Of a stretch of 64,000 nt of DNA, positions 1-10,305 are shown in pieces. This stretch comes from Lachnospiraceae bacterium. Its GTDB lineage: Bacteria; Bacillota; Clostridia; Lachnospirales; Lachnospiraceae. Made by a program: the position numbers and the translations under genes. The first letter of the stretch is position 1; each line of letters begins with the position of its first letter. The stretch is taken from assembly GCA_900751995.1 (NCBI GenBank), contig CAADTP010000046.1, positions 7,290 to 71,289 of the forward strand. Reading direction: 5' to 3'. A model generated the notes under the pieces. That model worked only from the letters and a program-made list of their open reading frames with translations, did not search any database and was not told the origin of the DNA.

Positions 1-1062
1 CTTGATGATGTTTCCTTTGTAAAGCTTGAATTTAACTTCACCGGTAACATATTTCTGAGTGGACTCAACAAATGCCTGGATAGCCTCACGGAGAGGTGTG
101 TACCATTTTCCTTCGTAAACAACCTGTGCAAACTGGCTGCCAAGCTTTTTCTTGGCTTCCATTGTCTCACGGTCAAGGATCAGCTCCTCAAGCTGGTCAT
201 GTGCTGCCATCAGGATCGTTCCGCCAGGAGTTTCATAAACGCCACGGGATTTCATACCAACAACACGGTTCTCAACAATATCAACGATACCGATGCCGTT
301 CTCACCGCCAAGCTTGTTCAGCTCTGTGATGATCTCGGAAACCTTCATTGCTTTTCCGTTGAGTGTTTTCGGAACACCCTGCTCGAATGTCATGGTGATC
401 TCAGTTTCTTTATCCGGAGCCTTCTCAGGTGTTACACTTAATACAAGCATGTCATCATAGTTCGGAGCCTGGGATGGATCCTCAAGCTCAAGTCCCTCAT
501 GGCTGATGTGCCAGAGGTTTCTGTCACGGCTGTAGCTGTGACTTGCATCAAATGGAAGAGTGATGCCATGAGCCTTACAGAACTCGATTTCATCTTCACG
601 GGACTGCATGGTCCACAGATCTGTCATACGCCATGGAGCAATGATCTTGATGTCCGGAGCGAGAGCCTTGATGCCAAGCTCGAAACGGATCTGGTCATTT
701 CCTTTACCGGTAGCACCATGGCAGATAGCAACGGCACCCTCTTTACGTGCGATCTCAACCAGCTTCTTGGCAATGACCGGACGAGCCATGGAAGTTCCGA
801 GAAGATAGGAATGCTCGTATACAGCACCAGCCTCTACACACGGCATGATGAAATCATCGCAGAACTCATCGACGATATCCTCGATATATAATTTGGAAGC
901 ACCGGACATTTTTGCTCTCTCTTCAAGACCGTCCAGCTCGTTTCCCTGTCCGCAGTTTACACAGCAGCAGACAACATCATAATCAAAGGTTTCTTTCAGC
1001 CACGGGATAAGGGCTGTGGTATCAAGACCACCGGAATACGCTAAAACAACTTTTTCTTTCAT
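1..1062 (-). CDS. argG: Argininosuccinate synthase, 3' end outside the window
   Basis: Manual minus-strand translation from ATG at 1062 (GGAGG RBS upstream): [16 protein letters not shown]...[14 protein letters not shown]...[13 protein letters not shown]...[18 protein letters not shown], open to base 1. Missing from the ORF track because it has no stop in the window. Confidence 0.97.
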   Translation of the reverse strand, partial: MKEKVVLAYSGGLDTTALIPWLKETFDYDVVCCCVNCGQGNELDGLEERAKMSGASKLYIEDIVDEFCDDFIMPCVEAGAVYEHSYLLGTSMARPVIAKKLVEIARKEGAVAICHGATGKGNDQIRFELGIKALAPDIKIIAPWRMTDLWTMQSREDEIEFCKAHGITLPFDASHSYSRDRNLWHISHEGLELEDPSQAPNYDDMLVLSVTPEKAPDKETEITMTFEQGVPKTLNGKAMKVSEIITELNKLGGENGIGIVDIVENRVVGMKSRGVYETPGGTILMAAHDQLEELILDRETMEAKKKLGSQFAQVVYEGKWYTPLREAIQAFVESTQKYVTGEVKFKLYKGNIIK

Positions 1063-1177
1063 AATATATGTCCTCCTGGGATTTTTTTGATTTTGTATCG
1101 CTCCGGACATTTCCGGGACGGTGAATTTTTTTACGTTATCTGGAAAAAAATTATGCTGTTTTATAACTTTACCAGAG

Positions 1178-1418
1178 TGAATAAATATTCATGTACAACA
1201 AAACAAAATTTTCGGCTGTCCTGTCGACATGGCTTAATATACACCAGATTTTATAAATATGCAAGAGATAATTTGAAAAATATGAAAAAAAATTTGCATA
1301 AAAATACATCTAAAAGTAGGCGGTATTATAAGAAAATACAGGAAAAACAGAAAAGACCGTGAAAAATCAAAGAAAATGACTATTGCATAATATGCAGAGA
1401 AGATGTATAATCTATCCA
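1178..1418. promoter_or_regulatory. ARG boxes (ArgR/AhrC operators) and argC promoter in the divergent argG/argC region
   Basis: TGAATAAATATTCA (1178-1191), TTTATAAATATGCA (1250-1263), TGCATAAAAATACA (1295-1308), TGCATAATATGCA (1384-1396) resemble TGMATWWWWATKCA. TTGCAT(1383)-17 nt-TATAAT(1406) overlaps the last box. Confidence 0.8.
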
Positions 1419-1590
1419 TTGATAAGATGGACATATGAGCTGGCAGTACAGACAGGTTTAAGATGTCCGTCTGACCTGTGCAGAAGATTCAGATATCAGA
1501 AGACATAAAAAAGAGGCATAAATAAGAATAGCAAGCGCTTCTGCAGGGTGTATAAAGCCGTAGAAAAACGGCAGAGGAGGAATGTGAAAG

Positions 1591-2631
1591 ATGATTAAAG
1601 CAGGAATTATCGGTGCGACAGGATACGCAGGAAATGAGATCGTAAGACTTCTTCTTGGACACAAGGACGTTGAGATCAAATGGTTCGGCTCCCGAAGCTA
1701 CATAGATCAGCAGTATGCAGATATTTATCAGAATTTTTTCAGGCTGGTGGATGCCAAATGTATGGATGACAACATGGCTGCACTTGCAGATGAGGTGGAT
1801 GTGATCTTTACCGCAACACCACAGGGCCTTTGTGCATCCCTTATTAATGAAGAAATCCTTTCCAAATGTAAGGTGATCGACTTAAGCGCAGATTTCCGTA
1901 TTAAAGATGTGAAAAAATATGAGAAGTGGTACGGGATCGAGCATAAGGCTCCGCAGTTTATCGAGGAAGCTGTTTATGGCCTCTGCGAGATTAACCGTGA
2001 GGATATTAAGAATGCAAGGCTGATCGCCAACCCGGGATGCTATCCGACATGCTCCACACTGTCTATTTATCCGCTGTTAAAGGAAGGCCTCATTGATCCG
2101 AATACCATTATCATTGATGCCAAGTCCGGAACCTCCGGAGCAGGAAGAGGAGCCAAGGTTCCGAATCTCTACTGTGAGGTAAACGAGAGCATCAAAGCTT
2201 ACGGTGTTGCCACACACAGACATACACCGGAGATCGAGGATCAGCTTGGATATGCATGCGGACAGGAAGTGATGATCAACTTTACCCCGCATCTTGTTCC
2301 GATGAACCGTGGAATCCTGGTAACAGCATATGCCTCCCTGACCAAGGATGTTACCTACGAGGAAGTAAAAGCAGCCTATGACAAATATTATAAAGACGAG
2401 TTCTTTGTACGTGTCCTGAACAAGGATGTATGCCCGCAGACAAGAAATGTAGAAGGCAGCAATTTTGTGGACGTGAATTTCAAGATCGATCCGAGAACAA
2501 AGAGAGTCATCATGATGGGCGCTATCGACAACCTGGTAAAGGGTGCAGCAGGACAGGCTGTTCAGAACATGAACCTGATGTTTGGATTTGACGAGAACGA
2601 AGGACTGAAACAGATTCCGATGTGCCCGTAA
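1591..2631 (+). CDS. argC: N-acetyl-gamma-glutamyl-phosphate reductase
   Basis: GATGYAG nucleotide-binding motif, ANPGCYPT active site, SGTSGAG, DNLVKGAAGQAVQN. Confidence 0.97.
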   Translation: MIKAGIIGATGYAGNEIVRLLLGHKDVEIKWFGSRSYIDQQYADIYQNFFRLVDAKCMDDNMAALADEVDVIFTATPQGLCASLINEEILSKCKVIDLSADFRIKDVKKYEKWYGIEHKAPQFIEEAVYGLCEINREDIKNARLIANPGCYPTCSTLSIYPLLKEGLIDPNTIIIDAKSGTSGAGRGAKVPNLYCEVNESIKAYGVATHRHTPEIEDQLGYACGQEVMINFTPHLVPMNRGILVTAYASLTKDVTYEEVKAAYDKYYKDEFFVRVLNKDVCPQTRNVEGSNFVDVNFKIDPRTKRVIMMGAIDNLVKGAAGQAVQNMNLMFGFDENEGLKQIPMCP

Positions 2632-2732
2632 AACAGGCAGATCACAAATAAAATATGGGGGATGCCGAAGGACTTTAAACGAATGAACTGCGATATTCGA
2701 TCTGGCATCACCATTGAGAGGAGATATATAAT

Positions 2733-3956
2733 ATGAAGATCATCGACGGCGGCGTTACAGCCGCAAAAGGTTTTAAGGCAGCGTCAACTGCAGCAGAGAT
2801 CAAATATAAAGGCCGTACCGATATGGCCATGGTATTCAGTGTGGTTCCCTGTGTGGCTGCAGGAACCTTCACGACCAATGTGGTAAAAGCAGCTCCTGTA
2901 AGATGGGATCAGGACATTGTATATAATCACCCGGGTGCAAGAGCTGTGATCTGCAACAGCGGAATCGCCAACGCATGTACCGGCGAGGAAGGATTCGGCT
3001 ATTGCAGGGAAACAGCCAAGGCAGCATCCGAAAGCCTTGGGATCCCGGAAGACAGCGTACTGGTAGCATCCACCGGTGTCATCGGAATGCAGCTTCCCAT
3101 CGACCGTATCGCAAACGGAGTAAAAGCCATGGCACCGAAGCTTGCAGGAAGCCGCGAGGCAGGCCTTGAGGCAGCAAAAGCCATCATGACAACAGATACC
3201 GAGAAGAAAGAGGCAGCGGTAGAGATCGAGATCGGTGGAAAAACCGTAACGGTAGGCGGTATGTGCAAGGGCTCCGGAATGATCCACCCCAATATGTGTA
3301 CAATGCTTGGATTTATCACCAGTGATGTGGATATCTCAAAGGAACTTCTTCAGGAAGCACTCAGCGAGGATATCAAGGACACCTACAACATGGTATCCGT
3401 TGACGGAGATACCTCCACAAACGACACCGTCCTCCTCCTTGCAAACGGCCAGGCCGGTAATCCGAAGATCACAGAGAAAAACGCAGATTATGAAGAGTTC
3501 AAAAAAGCTCTTAACTACGTAAACACAACCCTTGCCAAAAAGATCGCAGGTGACGGAGAAGGCGCAACTGCACTCTTCGAGGTCAAGGTCATCGGCGCAG
3601 CCACCAAGGCAGAAGCCGTAACCTTAAGTAAATCCGTAGTAACCTCTTCCTTAACAAAGGCAGCCATCTACGGCCATGATGCAAACTGGGGAAGAATCCT
3701 CTGCGCCCTCGGCTACTCCGGCGTCCAGTTCGATCCGGAAAAGGTAGATCTCTACTTTGAGAGCAAAGCAGGAAAGATCAAGATCATTGAAAATGGAGTT
3801 TCTACAGGCTACAGCGAAGAGGAAGCAACTAAGATCCTCTCAGAAGAGGCAGTGACAGCCATCGCGGATATGAAGATGGGAGATGCATCCGCAACTGCGT
3901 GGGGATGCGACCTCACCTATGATTACATAAAGATCAATGCGGATTATCGTTCTTGA
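2733..3956 (+). CDS. argJ: Bifunctional ornithine acetyltransferase / N-acetylglutamate synthase
   Basis: NSGIANACTG, STGVIG, MTTDT, KGSGMIHPNMCTML autocleavage motif, DGDTSTND, DGEGAT, INADYRS. Confidence 0.97.
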   Translation: MKIIDGGVTAAKGFKAASTAAEIKYKGRTDMAMVFSVVPCVAAGTFTTNVVKAAPVRWDQDIVYNHPGARAVICNSGIANACTGEEGFGYCRETAKAASESLGIPEDSVLVASTGVIGMQLPIDRIANGVKAMAPKLAGSREAGLEAAKAIMTTDTEKKEAAVEIEIGGKTVTVGGMCKGSGMIHPNMCTMLGFITSDVDISKELLQEALSEDIKDTYNMVSVDGDTSTNDTVLLLANGQAGNPKITEKNADYEEFKKALNYVNTTLAKKIAGDGEGATALFEVKVIGAATKAEAVTLSKSVVTSSLTKAAIYGHDANWGRILCALGYSGVQFDPEKVDLYFESKAGKIKIIENGVSTGYSEEEATKILSEEAVTAIADMKMGDASATAWGCDLTYDYIKINADYRS

Positions 3957-3982
3957 TGTAAGAGCTCTGTAGAATGTTTTTT

Positions 3983-4523
3983 TGTGTTGGATTTTGGTTG
4001 CGATTTTGTTTCAGTTTGTAAGCTGAGAAAACCCTTAGGGGGAGCGAGCTCAAAGTTGCGAAGCCCGCACGCTCCCCCTAAGAACCCCCTCCGTTGGGCA
4101 CGCTTGGCTGTGGCATGTAGAACTTCAGTCGACGAAGACTGAGTGACGAACGTGAGAACCCTCAGAGCGGGAACCTGGAAGTTGAGGCGTGTTGAACTTC
4201 AGTCGATGAAAACTGAGTGACGAACGTGAGAACCCTCAGAGCGGGAGCCCGGAAGTTATGTCGGGTTAGACGTCAGTCGCTGAAGGCAGACTGACGAGCT
4301 GTTCGCCTTCGGCGAAAGCGCGTCGGAAGCGGCTGTCTGCGACAGCCTGTCCGCAGTAGGCGCTTTGCCCGCAACGCGGGCAACAGCCCGTCCTCCCGTG
4401 GCCGGAGGGGAGGAGCGCGAGGAGGGGAAACGGCCTTCGGAACTCCGAGTGCCTCCCCTCCTCGCAAATCCACAGCTGTTAGCTGAGACAAAATTATAAT
4501 AAAAAAGAAATCCCTCCAACATA
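3983..4523 (+). repeat. GC-rich, multi-hairpin intergenic element with complementary flanks and a 74-bp tandem duplication (MITE/REP-like or structured RNA)
   Basis: Perfect IRs 4034-4046/4070-4082 and 4417-4428/4454-4465; near-identical 74-bp units 4112-4185 and 4186-4259; flanks 4003-4016/4481-4494 and 3983-3991/4515-4523 pair. No credible ORF. Confidence 0.8.
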
Positions 4524-4578
4524 CAACAACAAAACCTTTTTCAATCCATATCATTTTTCAAAAAAAGGAGACACCCAC

Positions 4579-5475
4579 ATGGTAAATCAGAAATATCTTG
4601 ACAAAGCAGAGGTTCTCATAGAAGCCCTGCCATACATCCAGCGGTTCAACCGCAAGATCGTAGTCATCAAATACGGCGGAAGCGCCATGCTTGATGAAGA
4701 ATTAAAGCGTAACGTCATCAAGGACGCAGTCCTTCTGAAATTAGTCGGTTTCAAACCAATCATTGTTCACGGCGGCGGCAAGGAAATCAGTCGCTGGGTC
4801 GGTAAAGTCGGCATGGAGCCGCATTTTGTAAACGGTCTCCGTGTAACGGACAAAGACACTATGGAGATCGCAGAGATGGTTCTTGCAAAAGTAAACAAGG
4901 AGCTTGTTACTCTGGTAGAATCTCTCAGCGTACAGGCTGTAGGTGTCAGCGGTAAGGACGGCGGTCTTCTCCAGTGCAAAAAGAAGCTTTCCAAAGGCGA
5001 AGACATCGGCTACGTAGGTGAAGTTACAAAGGTTAATCCGAAGATCCTTCATGACCTTCTGGAAAGAGATTTCCTTCCGATCGTATTCCCGATCGGCTTT
5101 GACGAAAATTTTGATTCCTACAATATCAATGCGGACGATGCAGCCTGCGCCATTGCAGAGGCAGTTGAGGCAGAGAAGCTTGCCTTCCTGTCCGATATTG
5201 AGGGCGTTTACAGGGATGCAGATGATCCCTCCACTCTGATCTCCGAGCTTCGTGTAGATGAGGCTGAGAATCTGATCTCAGATGGTACTGTGGGCGGCGG
5301 TATGATCCCGAAGCTGAAAAACTGTATCGACGCTATCGAGCATGGTGTAAACAGAGTCCATATCCTGGATGGAAGGATCCCGCACAGCTTACTGCTTGAG
5401 ATCTTTACAAACAAAGGTATTGGTACTGCAATTTTAAAAGATGATGGGGAGAAATATTACAATGAGCATGAATGA
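4579..5475 (+). CDS. argB: Acetylglutamate kinase
   Basis: [42 protein letters not shown]. Confidence 0.97.
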   Translation: MVNQKYLDKAEVLIEALPYIQRFNRKIVVIKYGGSAMLDEELKRNVIKDAVLLKLVGFKPIIVHGGGKEISRWVGKVGMEPHFVNGLRVTDKDTMEIAEMVLAKVNKELVTLVESLSVQAVGVSGKDGGLLQCKKKLSKGEDIGYVGEVTKVNPKILHDLLERDFLPIVFPIGFDENFDSYNINADDAACAIAEAVEAEKLAFLSDIEGVYRDADDPSTLISELRVDEAENLISDGTVGGGMIPKLKNCIDAIEHGVNRVHILDGRIPHSLLLEIFTNKGIGTAILKDDGEKYYNEHE

Positions 5476-6652
5476 ACAGATGGAAGAATCTGAAGCCAGT
5501 ATTCTTCATACATATAACCGTTTTCCGGTAGTTTTTGAAAAAGGCGATGGCTGTTACCTCTATGATTCCGAAGGAAAGGAATATCTGGATTTTGCGGCCG
5601 GTATCGCTGTAAATGCCCTGGGATATCATTATCCGGGCTATGACGAAGCACTGAAATCCCAGATCGACAAGCTGATGCATATTTCCAACCTGTACTACAA
5701 TGAGCCGATCATTGAGGCGGGTGCCAAACTTGTACAGGCAAGCCATATGGAAAAGGCCTTCTTCACAAACAGTGGTACAGAGGCCATTGAGGGTGCTCTG
5801 AAGGCTGCCAAGAAATATGCCTACGAAAGAGATGGCCATGCAGACCATGAGATCATTGCCATGAACCATTCCTTCCACGGCCGCAGCATTGGCGCTCTTT
5901 CCGTGACAGGCAATGCACATTACAGAGAGGCCTTTGAGCCTCTGATGGGTGGGGTGAAATTTGCGGATTTCAATGATCTTGAGAGTGTAAAGGCTCAGAT
6001 CACAGATAAGACCTGTGCCATCATCACCGAGACCGTACAGGGAGAAGGAGGTATTTATCCGGCTACAAAAGAGTTTCTGGAAGGCTTACGTAAGCTTTGT
6101 GATGAGAAGGATATCATTCTGATCCTGGACGAGATCCAGTGCGGTATGGGACGTACCGGACATTATTTTGCATGGCAGGCATATGGAGTACAGCCGGATA
6201 TCATGACCTGTGCCAAAGCACTTGGCTGTGGAGTTCCGGTAGGTGCTTTTGTGCTGAACAAAAAAGCAGCTGCAGCCTCCCTGAAGCCAGGCGACCACGG
6301 AACCACTTACGGTGGAAATCCCTTCGTATGTGCAGCCGTCAGCAAGGTATTTGACATTTTTGAAAAAGATCAGATCCTTTCCCATGTGCAGGGACTTACT
6401 CCGTATTTTGAGGAGAAGCTGGACGAACTGGTTGCAAAGCATGACTGTGCAGAAACAAGAAGAGGCAAGGGCTTCATGCAGGGTATCGTGATCAAGGGAC
6501 GTCCAGTAGGAGACGTGGTGAAAAAAGCTCTTGCAAAGGGTCTTCTGGTGATCTCAGCAGGAAGTGATGTTCTCCGCCTTGTTCCTCCTCTTGTGATCAC
6601 AAAAGAGGATATCGACAAGATGGCAGAGATCCTTGACGAGTGTATGGAATAA
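5462..6652 (+). CDS. argD: Acetylornithine aminotransferase (class III PLP enzyme)
   Basis: [52 protein letters not shown]. Start placed at ATG 5462 (RBS GGGGAG), overlapping the argB end. Confidence 0.95.
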   Translation: MSMNEQMEESEASILHTYNRFPVVFEKGDGCYLYDSEGKEYLDFAAGIAVNALGYHYPGYDEALKSQIDKLMHISNLYYNEPIIEAGAKLVQASHMEKAFFTNSGTEAIEGALKAAKKYAYERDGHADHEIIAMNHSFHGRSIGALSVTGNAHYREAFEPLMGGVKFADFNDLESVKAQITDKTCAIITETVQGEGGIYPATKEFLEGLRKLCDEKDIILILDEIQCGMGRTGHYFAWQAYGVQPDIMTCAKALGCGVPVGAFVLNKKAAAASLKPGDHGTTYGGNPFVCAAVSKVFDIFEKDQILSHVQGLTPYFEEKLDELVAKHDCAETRRGKGFMQGIVIKGRPVGDVVKKALAKGLLVISAGSDVLRLVPPLVITKEDIDKMAEILDECME

Positions 6653-6670
6653 TAAAAAAATAACAGATAC

Positions 6671-6730
6671 AAAAGCAGCAGTATTTTCCGGAAAGGGTAG
6701 TGTGCCGATGGAGAATACGGCTGCTTTTTT
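6671..6730 (+). terminator. Intrinsic terminator after argD
   Basis: AAAAGCAGCAGTATTTTCC ... GGAGAATACGGCTGCTTTTTT stem with a T tract. Confidence 0.75.
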
Positions 6731-6943
6731 GTCAGAGAGACAATGTATATAAATTATATAACAGATATAGAAAACAGTATCCGAAAATCTGGTCGTGTGT
6801 TTGAAAACAAACAAAAAATGCTATGACACACCGACAAAATGCACAAAAAAGAGAGAGGGTTCGAGTATAAATTGCACATCTACACAGTTGATTTTAGAAC
6901 GCCATATGTTATAATTTCACTGGTAAAAAAATTTATGTGAGGG

Positions 6944-8392
6944 GTGAAAATTTTGAAAAAATTATTAACCGTCATGTGTACTTTTCTGACAGTATTTCTG
7001 GCATGTCCTGTGGGTGTATGGGCAGCCGGAAACGGTGGGACAGGATCTGGTGTGCCGGTGTGGCTTTGTATCCCTTTTGCGGGCCTTCTTCTGTGTGTTG
7101 CAGTGATGCCGCTGGTAAAGGGTGAGTGGTGGGAGTCACATCAGCCCGTTGTGGTTGCATTCTGGATCGTTCTTATGATCATTCCGTTTGCAGTTGTTTA
7201 CGGTGCCGGAAAAACTGCGGAAACAGTACTGGAGTGCGTGATCAATGACTATCTTACATTTATCATCCTGTTATTCGGACTGTTCTGTGTATCCGGTAAC
7301 ATTACAGTTGAGGGTGATTTTGCGGGCTCACCAAGAGTAAATGTAGGACTTCTTGCACTGGGAACCCTGCTTTCCAGCTGTATCGGAACTACCGGAGCCA
7401 GCATGCTGATGGTCCGTCCGGTGATCAAAATGAATTCCTGGAGAAAGAGAAAGGGTCATATTATGATTTTTTTCATCTTTATGGTATCCAACATGGGTGG
7501 CTGCCTGACACCGATCGGTGATCCGCCGCTTCTGATGGGCTTCATGCGAGGAGTTCCGTTTTTCTGGAGCCTGCATCTTTTTCCGGTACTGATCTTTAAT
7601 ATGGTGATCCTTCTGTTTGTGTTCTATCATCTGGATATGCGCTCTTACAAGAAGGATATCTCAGAGGGACGTAAACCGGATATCAGCAAACCGGGTACCG
7701 AGTTTAAGATCGAAGGTCTTCATAATATCATCTTCCTTGTGATGATCGTTGTGGGTGTTATCTTAAGCGGAATGCTTCCCGGTATGCCTGCATTCCAGGA
7801 TGCGGCCGGAAATGTAAAGGGGATTCATATTTTCGGTGAGGTTACTTTAAGCTTCCCGTCGATCATTGAGATCGTCCTGATCCTGGCAGCTGCATTTCTG
7901 TCCTTTAAAACAACGGATAAAAGGATCCGTGTGCGGAACCATTTTACCTGGGGTGCGATCAAGGAGGTTGCAGTACTTTTCATCGGTATTTTTATCACCA
8001 TGCAGCCGGCCCTGATGCTTCTGAAAGCAGTAGGACCGAATCTCGGTATCACCGAGCCGTACCAGATGTTCTGGGCGACCGGAGCTTTGTCCAGCTTCCT
8101 GGATAATACACCGACCTATCTGGTATTTCTGACAACAGCGGGAACTCTCGGATTTACAAACGGAATCGCAACAACGCTGGGAACGGTTCCTGTAAAGCTT
8201 CTTTCTGCGATTTCCTGCGGTGCTGTATTTATGGGCGCCAATACATATATCGGCAATGCTCCGAACTTTATGGTCAAGACACTTTCTGACGAAAATGGTA
8301 TCAACATGCCGTCCTTCTTCGGATATATGGCATGGTCCATTTGTTTCCTGGTACCGGTGTTCATCATCGATATGCTGGTATTCTTTTTATAA
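6944..8392 (+). CDS. Ion-transporter (IT) superfamily membrane protein, putative Na+/H+ antiporter or anion transporter
   Basis: Many hydrophobic segments; SNMGGCLTPIGDPPL, SSFLDNTPTY and GANTYIGNAPNFMV are IT-superfamily repeat motifs. Confidence 0.8.
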   Translation: MKILKKLLTVMCTFLTVFLACPVGVWAAGNGGTGSGVPVWLCIPFAGLLLCVAVMPLVKGEWWESHQPVVVAFWIVLMIIPFAVVYGAGKTAETVLECVINDYLTFIILLFGLFCVSGNITVEGDFAGSPRVNVGLLALGTLLSSCIGTTGASMLMVRPVIKMNSWRKRKGHIMIFFIFMVSNMGGCLTPIGDPPLLMGFMRGVPFFWSLHLFPVLIFNMVILLFVFYHLDMRSYKKDISEGRKPDISKPGTEFKIEGLHNIIFLVMIVVGVILSGMLPGMPAFQDAAGNVKGIHIFGEVTLSFPSIIEIVLILAAAFLSFKTTDKRIRVRNHFTWGAIKEVAVLFIGIFITMQPALMLLKAVGPNLGITEPYQMFWATGALSSFLDNTPTYLVFLTTAGTLGFTNGIATTLGTVPVKLLSAISCGAVFMGANTYIGNAPNFMVKTLSDENGINMPSFFGYMAWSICFLVPVFIIDMLVFFL

Positions 8393-8407
8393 GGGAGGAG
8401 GATCAAT

Positions 8408-9412
8408 ATGCAGGATAATAACATTCGAGAGAAATGCAGAGAGCTTGCCACCAGACTTTATGAACTGGATGGCGAGGTTTATGAAAGCGTAGGATCTTCC
8501 CTTGGACGTACCTTCACCGGTGACAGAGAAGGCACTATCCGGAACTTAAGTGCTCTGATGTATACCAAACCGGACGGACATCTTCTTCGAAGCGAGATGG
8601 CACTGATCAGCAACATGGCCAGGACCATCAAGGATAAAGAAGAAAAAAGCCGTCTCATGAAGAAATATGATGAGATCTTTCAGGAGATCCTGACGCTGCC
8701 GGAGACTTTTGTTGCTACGGATATCATGGATAAGGAACGTGTGGCGCTGAATCATATGATCAAACGCAGGGAAAAAATCTCTGAGAATGACCATCTGGTC
8801 ATCTGCATCAGCCGTACACAGGGAAGTGCCGGTAATGATATCGGTTTCGGACTGGCAGACAAGCTTCGGATCAACTATTATGATGTGGAGATCTTTGATC
8901 AGGTATTAAGGCGCCTTGAGGCGGAAAAGGGCGCGGTCAACGATGCGGAATATTTTGCGGATTTCAATAAATATGAGAAGAAGCATAAATTTGATCCCAA
9001 GGGCTGGTTCCGGGAATTCAACCGTTACCATGGTCTTCCGAAACAGGATGCGGTATTCTTTAACATGAGTGACCTGATCTGCGATCTGGCCTCAAAAGAG
9101 GACTGCATCATTATGGGAAGGTGTGCGGATGCGATCCTCAAGAACAACCACATTCCGCATATCAGTCTGTTTATCACAGCTCCTTTTGCTATCCGTGTGC
9201 AGCATGTTATGGATGTACGGAAGATGAATATGAAGCAGGCAGTCCGTTTCCTGAAGAAGATGGACAGCCAGCACAGACGGTATTACAATTTTTACGGCGG
9301 AGCTCAGTGGGGCAAGCCGGATAACTACGATCTTTGTATCAACAGTGCAAGCTACGGAATCAATGAAACGGAGAATCTGATCCTGAAGCTTTTGAATGAT
9401 CAGATCCACTAA
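8408..9412 (+). CDS. Cytidylate-kinase-like family protein with an N-terminal extension
   Basis: VICISRTQGSAG...LADKL..YYD, IIMGRCAD, RRYYNFY...WG...YDLCINS. Confidence 0.8.
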   Translation: MQDNNIREKCRELATRLYELDGEVYESVGSSLGRTFTGDREGTIRNLSALMYTKPDGHLLRSEMALISNMARTIKDKEEKSRLMKKYDEIFQEILTLPETFVATDIMDKERVALNHMIKRREKISENDHLVICISRTQGSAGNDIGFGLADKLRINYYDVEIFDQVLRRLEAEKGAVNDAEYFADFNKYEKKHKFDPKGWFREFNRYHGLPKQDAVFFNMSDLICDLASKEDCIIMGRCADAILKNNHIPHISLFITAPFAIRVQHVMDVRKMNMKQAVRFLKKMDSQHRRYYNFYGGAQWGKPDNYDLCINSASYGINETENLILKLLNDQIH

Positions 9413-9504
9413 GAGATAAAAATATGAGCAGCACGGAAGAAAGAAAAAGTTCCGGAAGGGGTTTTTAGCTTAACAGGCTGCAAACAGAAAAAGAATCAGA
9501 ACAG

Positions 9505-9568
9505 AGTTCCTGCATTCTGAGGTAACCTTCTGCCAGACAGAAATACCTCAGAATGCAGGAACTTTTTT
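9505..9568 (+). terminator. Intrinsic terminator with a 20-bp perfect stem
   Basis: AGTTCCTGCATTCTGAGGTA (9505-9524) / TACCTCAGAATGCAGGAACT (9544-9563), followed by T tract. Confidence 0.8.
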
Positions 9569-9587
9569 ATATGTTGTTTATAAAAAC

Positions 9588-9686
9588 TTAATCTTGATTA
9601 ACTTTTTTCATTTAGGGGATTGACATTCGAAAAAACTTAGTATAAACTAACCTATGAGTTAGGGCTGACTAATTAGACTGAGTTAA
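9588..9686 (+). promoter_or_regulatory. feo promoter overlapped by four 14-bp TTAR-N6-YTAA boxes (DtxR/MntR-like operator array)
   Basis: TTGACA (9620)-17 nt-TAAACT (9643). Boxes TTAATCTTGATTAA 9588, TTAGTATAAACTAA 9637, TTAGGGCTGACTAA 9659, TTAGACTGAGTTAA 9673. Confidence 0.65.
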
Positions 9687-9712
9687 TTAATAGAAAGAAA
9701 CGGAGGGATTCC

Positions 9713-9925
9713 ATGCAGCCGATTTTATTTTTACAGTCAGGTGATACTGGCACGATCAAGCGTATTTCCGGAGCGGAGGATACAAGAAGATTTCTTGCAG
9801 GCCTTGGTTTTGTTGAGAATGCGGAAGTGACAGTTATTTCTCAGTTTGACGGCAATCTGATCGTAAATGTCAAGGATTCCAGAGTAGCAGTCAATAAGGA
9901 AATGGCCAGACACATTATGGTGTGA
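9713..9925 (+). CDS. feoA: Ferrous iron transport protein A
   Basis: 70 aa, RRFLAGLGF...VNVKDSRVAV, upstream of feoB. Confidence 0.9.
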   Translation: MQPILFLQSGDTGTIKRISGAEDTRRFLAGLGFVENAEVTVISQFDGNLIVNVKDSRVAVNKEMARHIMV

Positions 9926-10028
9926 CCGGACTGTGCGGCAGTGACCGGTAGTGGATTTGCCCCAAACTGCGGAAGGCGCAGTTGAGGATAGATTAGGAAT
10001 TGGAATATGAACAGGGAGGAAAAGAGAA

Positions 10029-10247
10029 ATGACTTTACGTGATGCAGCAGTAGGTTCTACAGTAGTTGTTTCCAAGATCACCGGCGACCCGGCTTACAAG
10101 CGCCGTATCATGGATATGGGAATCACAAAAGGCAGCGAGGTTTATATCCGAAAGGTAGCTCCTCTTGGAGATCCGGTTGAGATCACCATCAGAGGTTATG
10201 AGCTTTCCCTGCGTAAGCATGACGCAGCATGTGTGGAAGTAAAGTAA
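10029..10247 (+). CDS. feoA: Ferrous iron transport protein A, second copy
   Basis: RRIMDMGITKG...VAPLGDPVEITIRGYELSLR. Confidence 0.93.
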   Translation: MTLRDAAVGSTVVVSKITGDPAYKRRIMDMGITKGSEVYIRKVAPLGDPVEITIRGYELSLRKHDAACVEVK

Positions 10248-10305
10248 ATAAGCTTCGAAAAATGACAGAGCGTCAGGCTCTGACCTGAAAAAAGGAGGAT
10301 ACAAA

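Noticed and set aside
880..930. Apparent frameshift or pseudogene in argG (absent from ORF track)
   Set aside because: Recounting the T run gives GCA AAA ATG TCC in frame; the ORF is open to the window edge.
4112..4259. CRISPR array
   Set aside because: Only two adjacent 74-bp units with no unique spacers, and no cas genes.
4256..4554. Minus-strand 88-aa and 93-aa ORFs in the arg intergenic element
   Set aside because: Arg/Pro/Ser-rich translations of GC-rich palindromes, no RBS, no recognisable motif.
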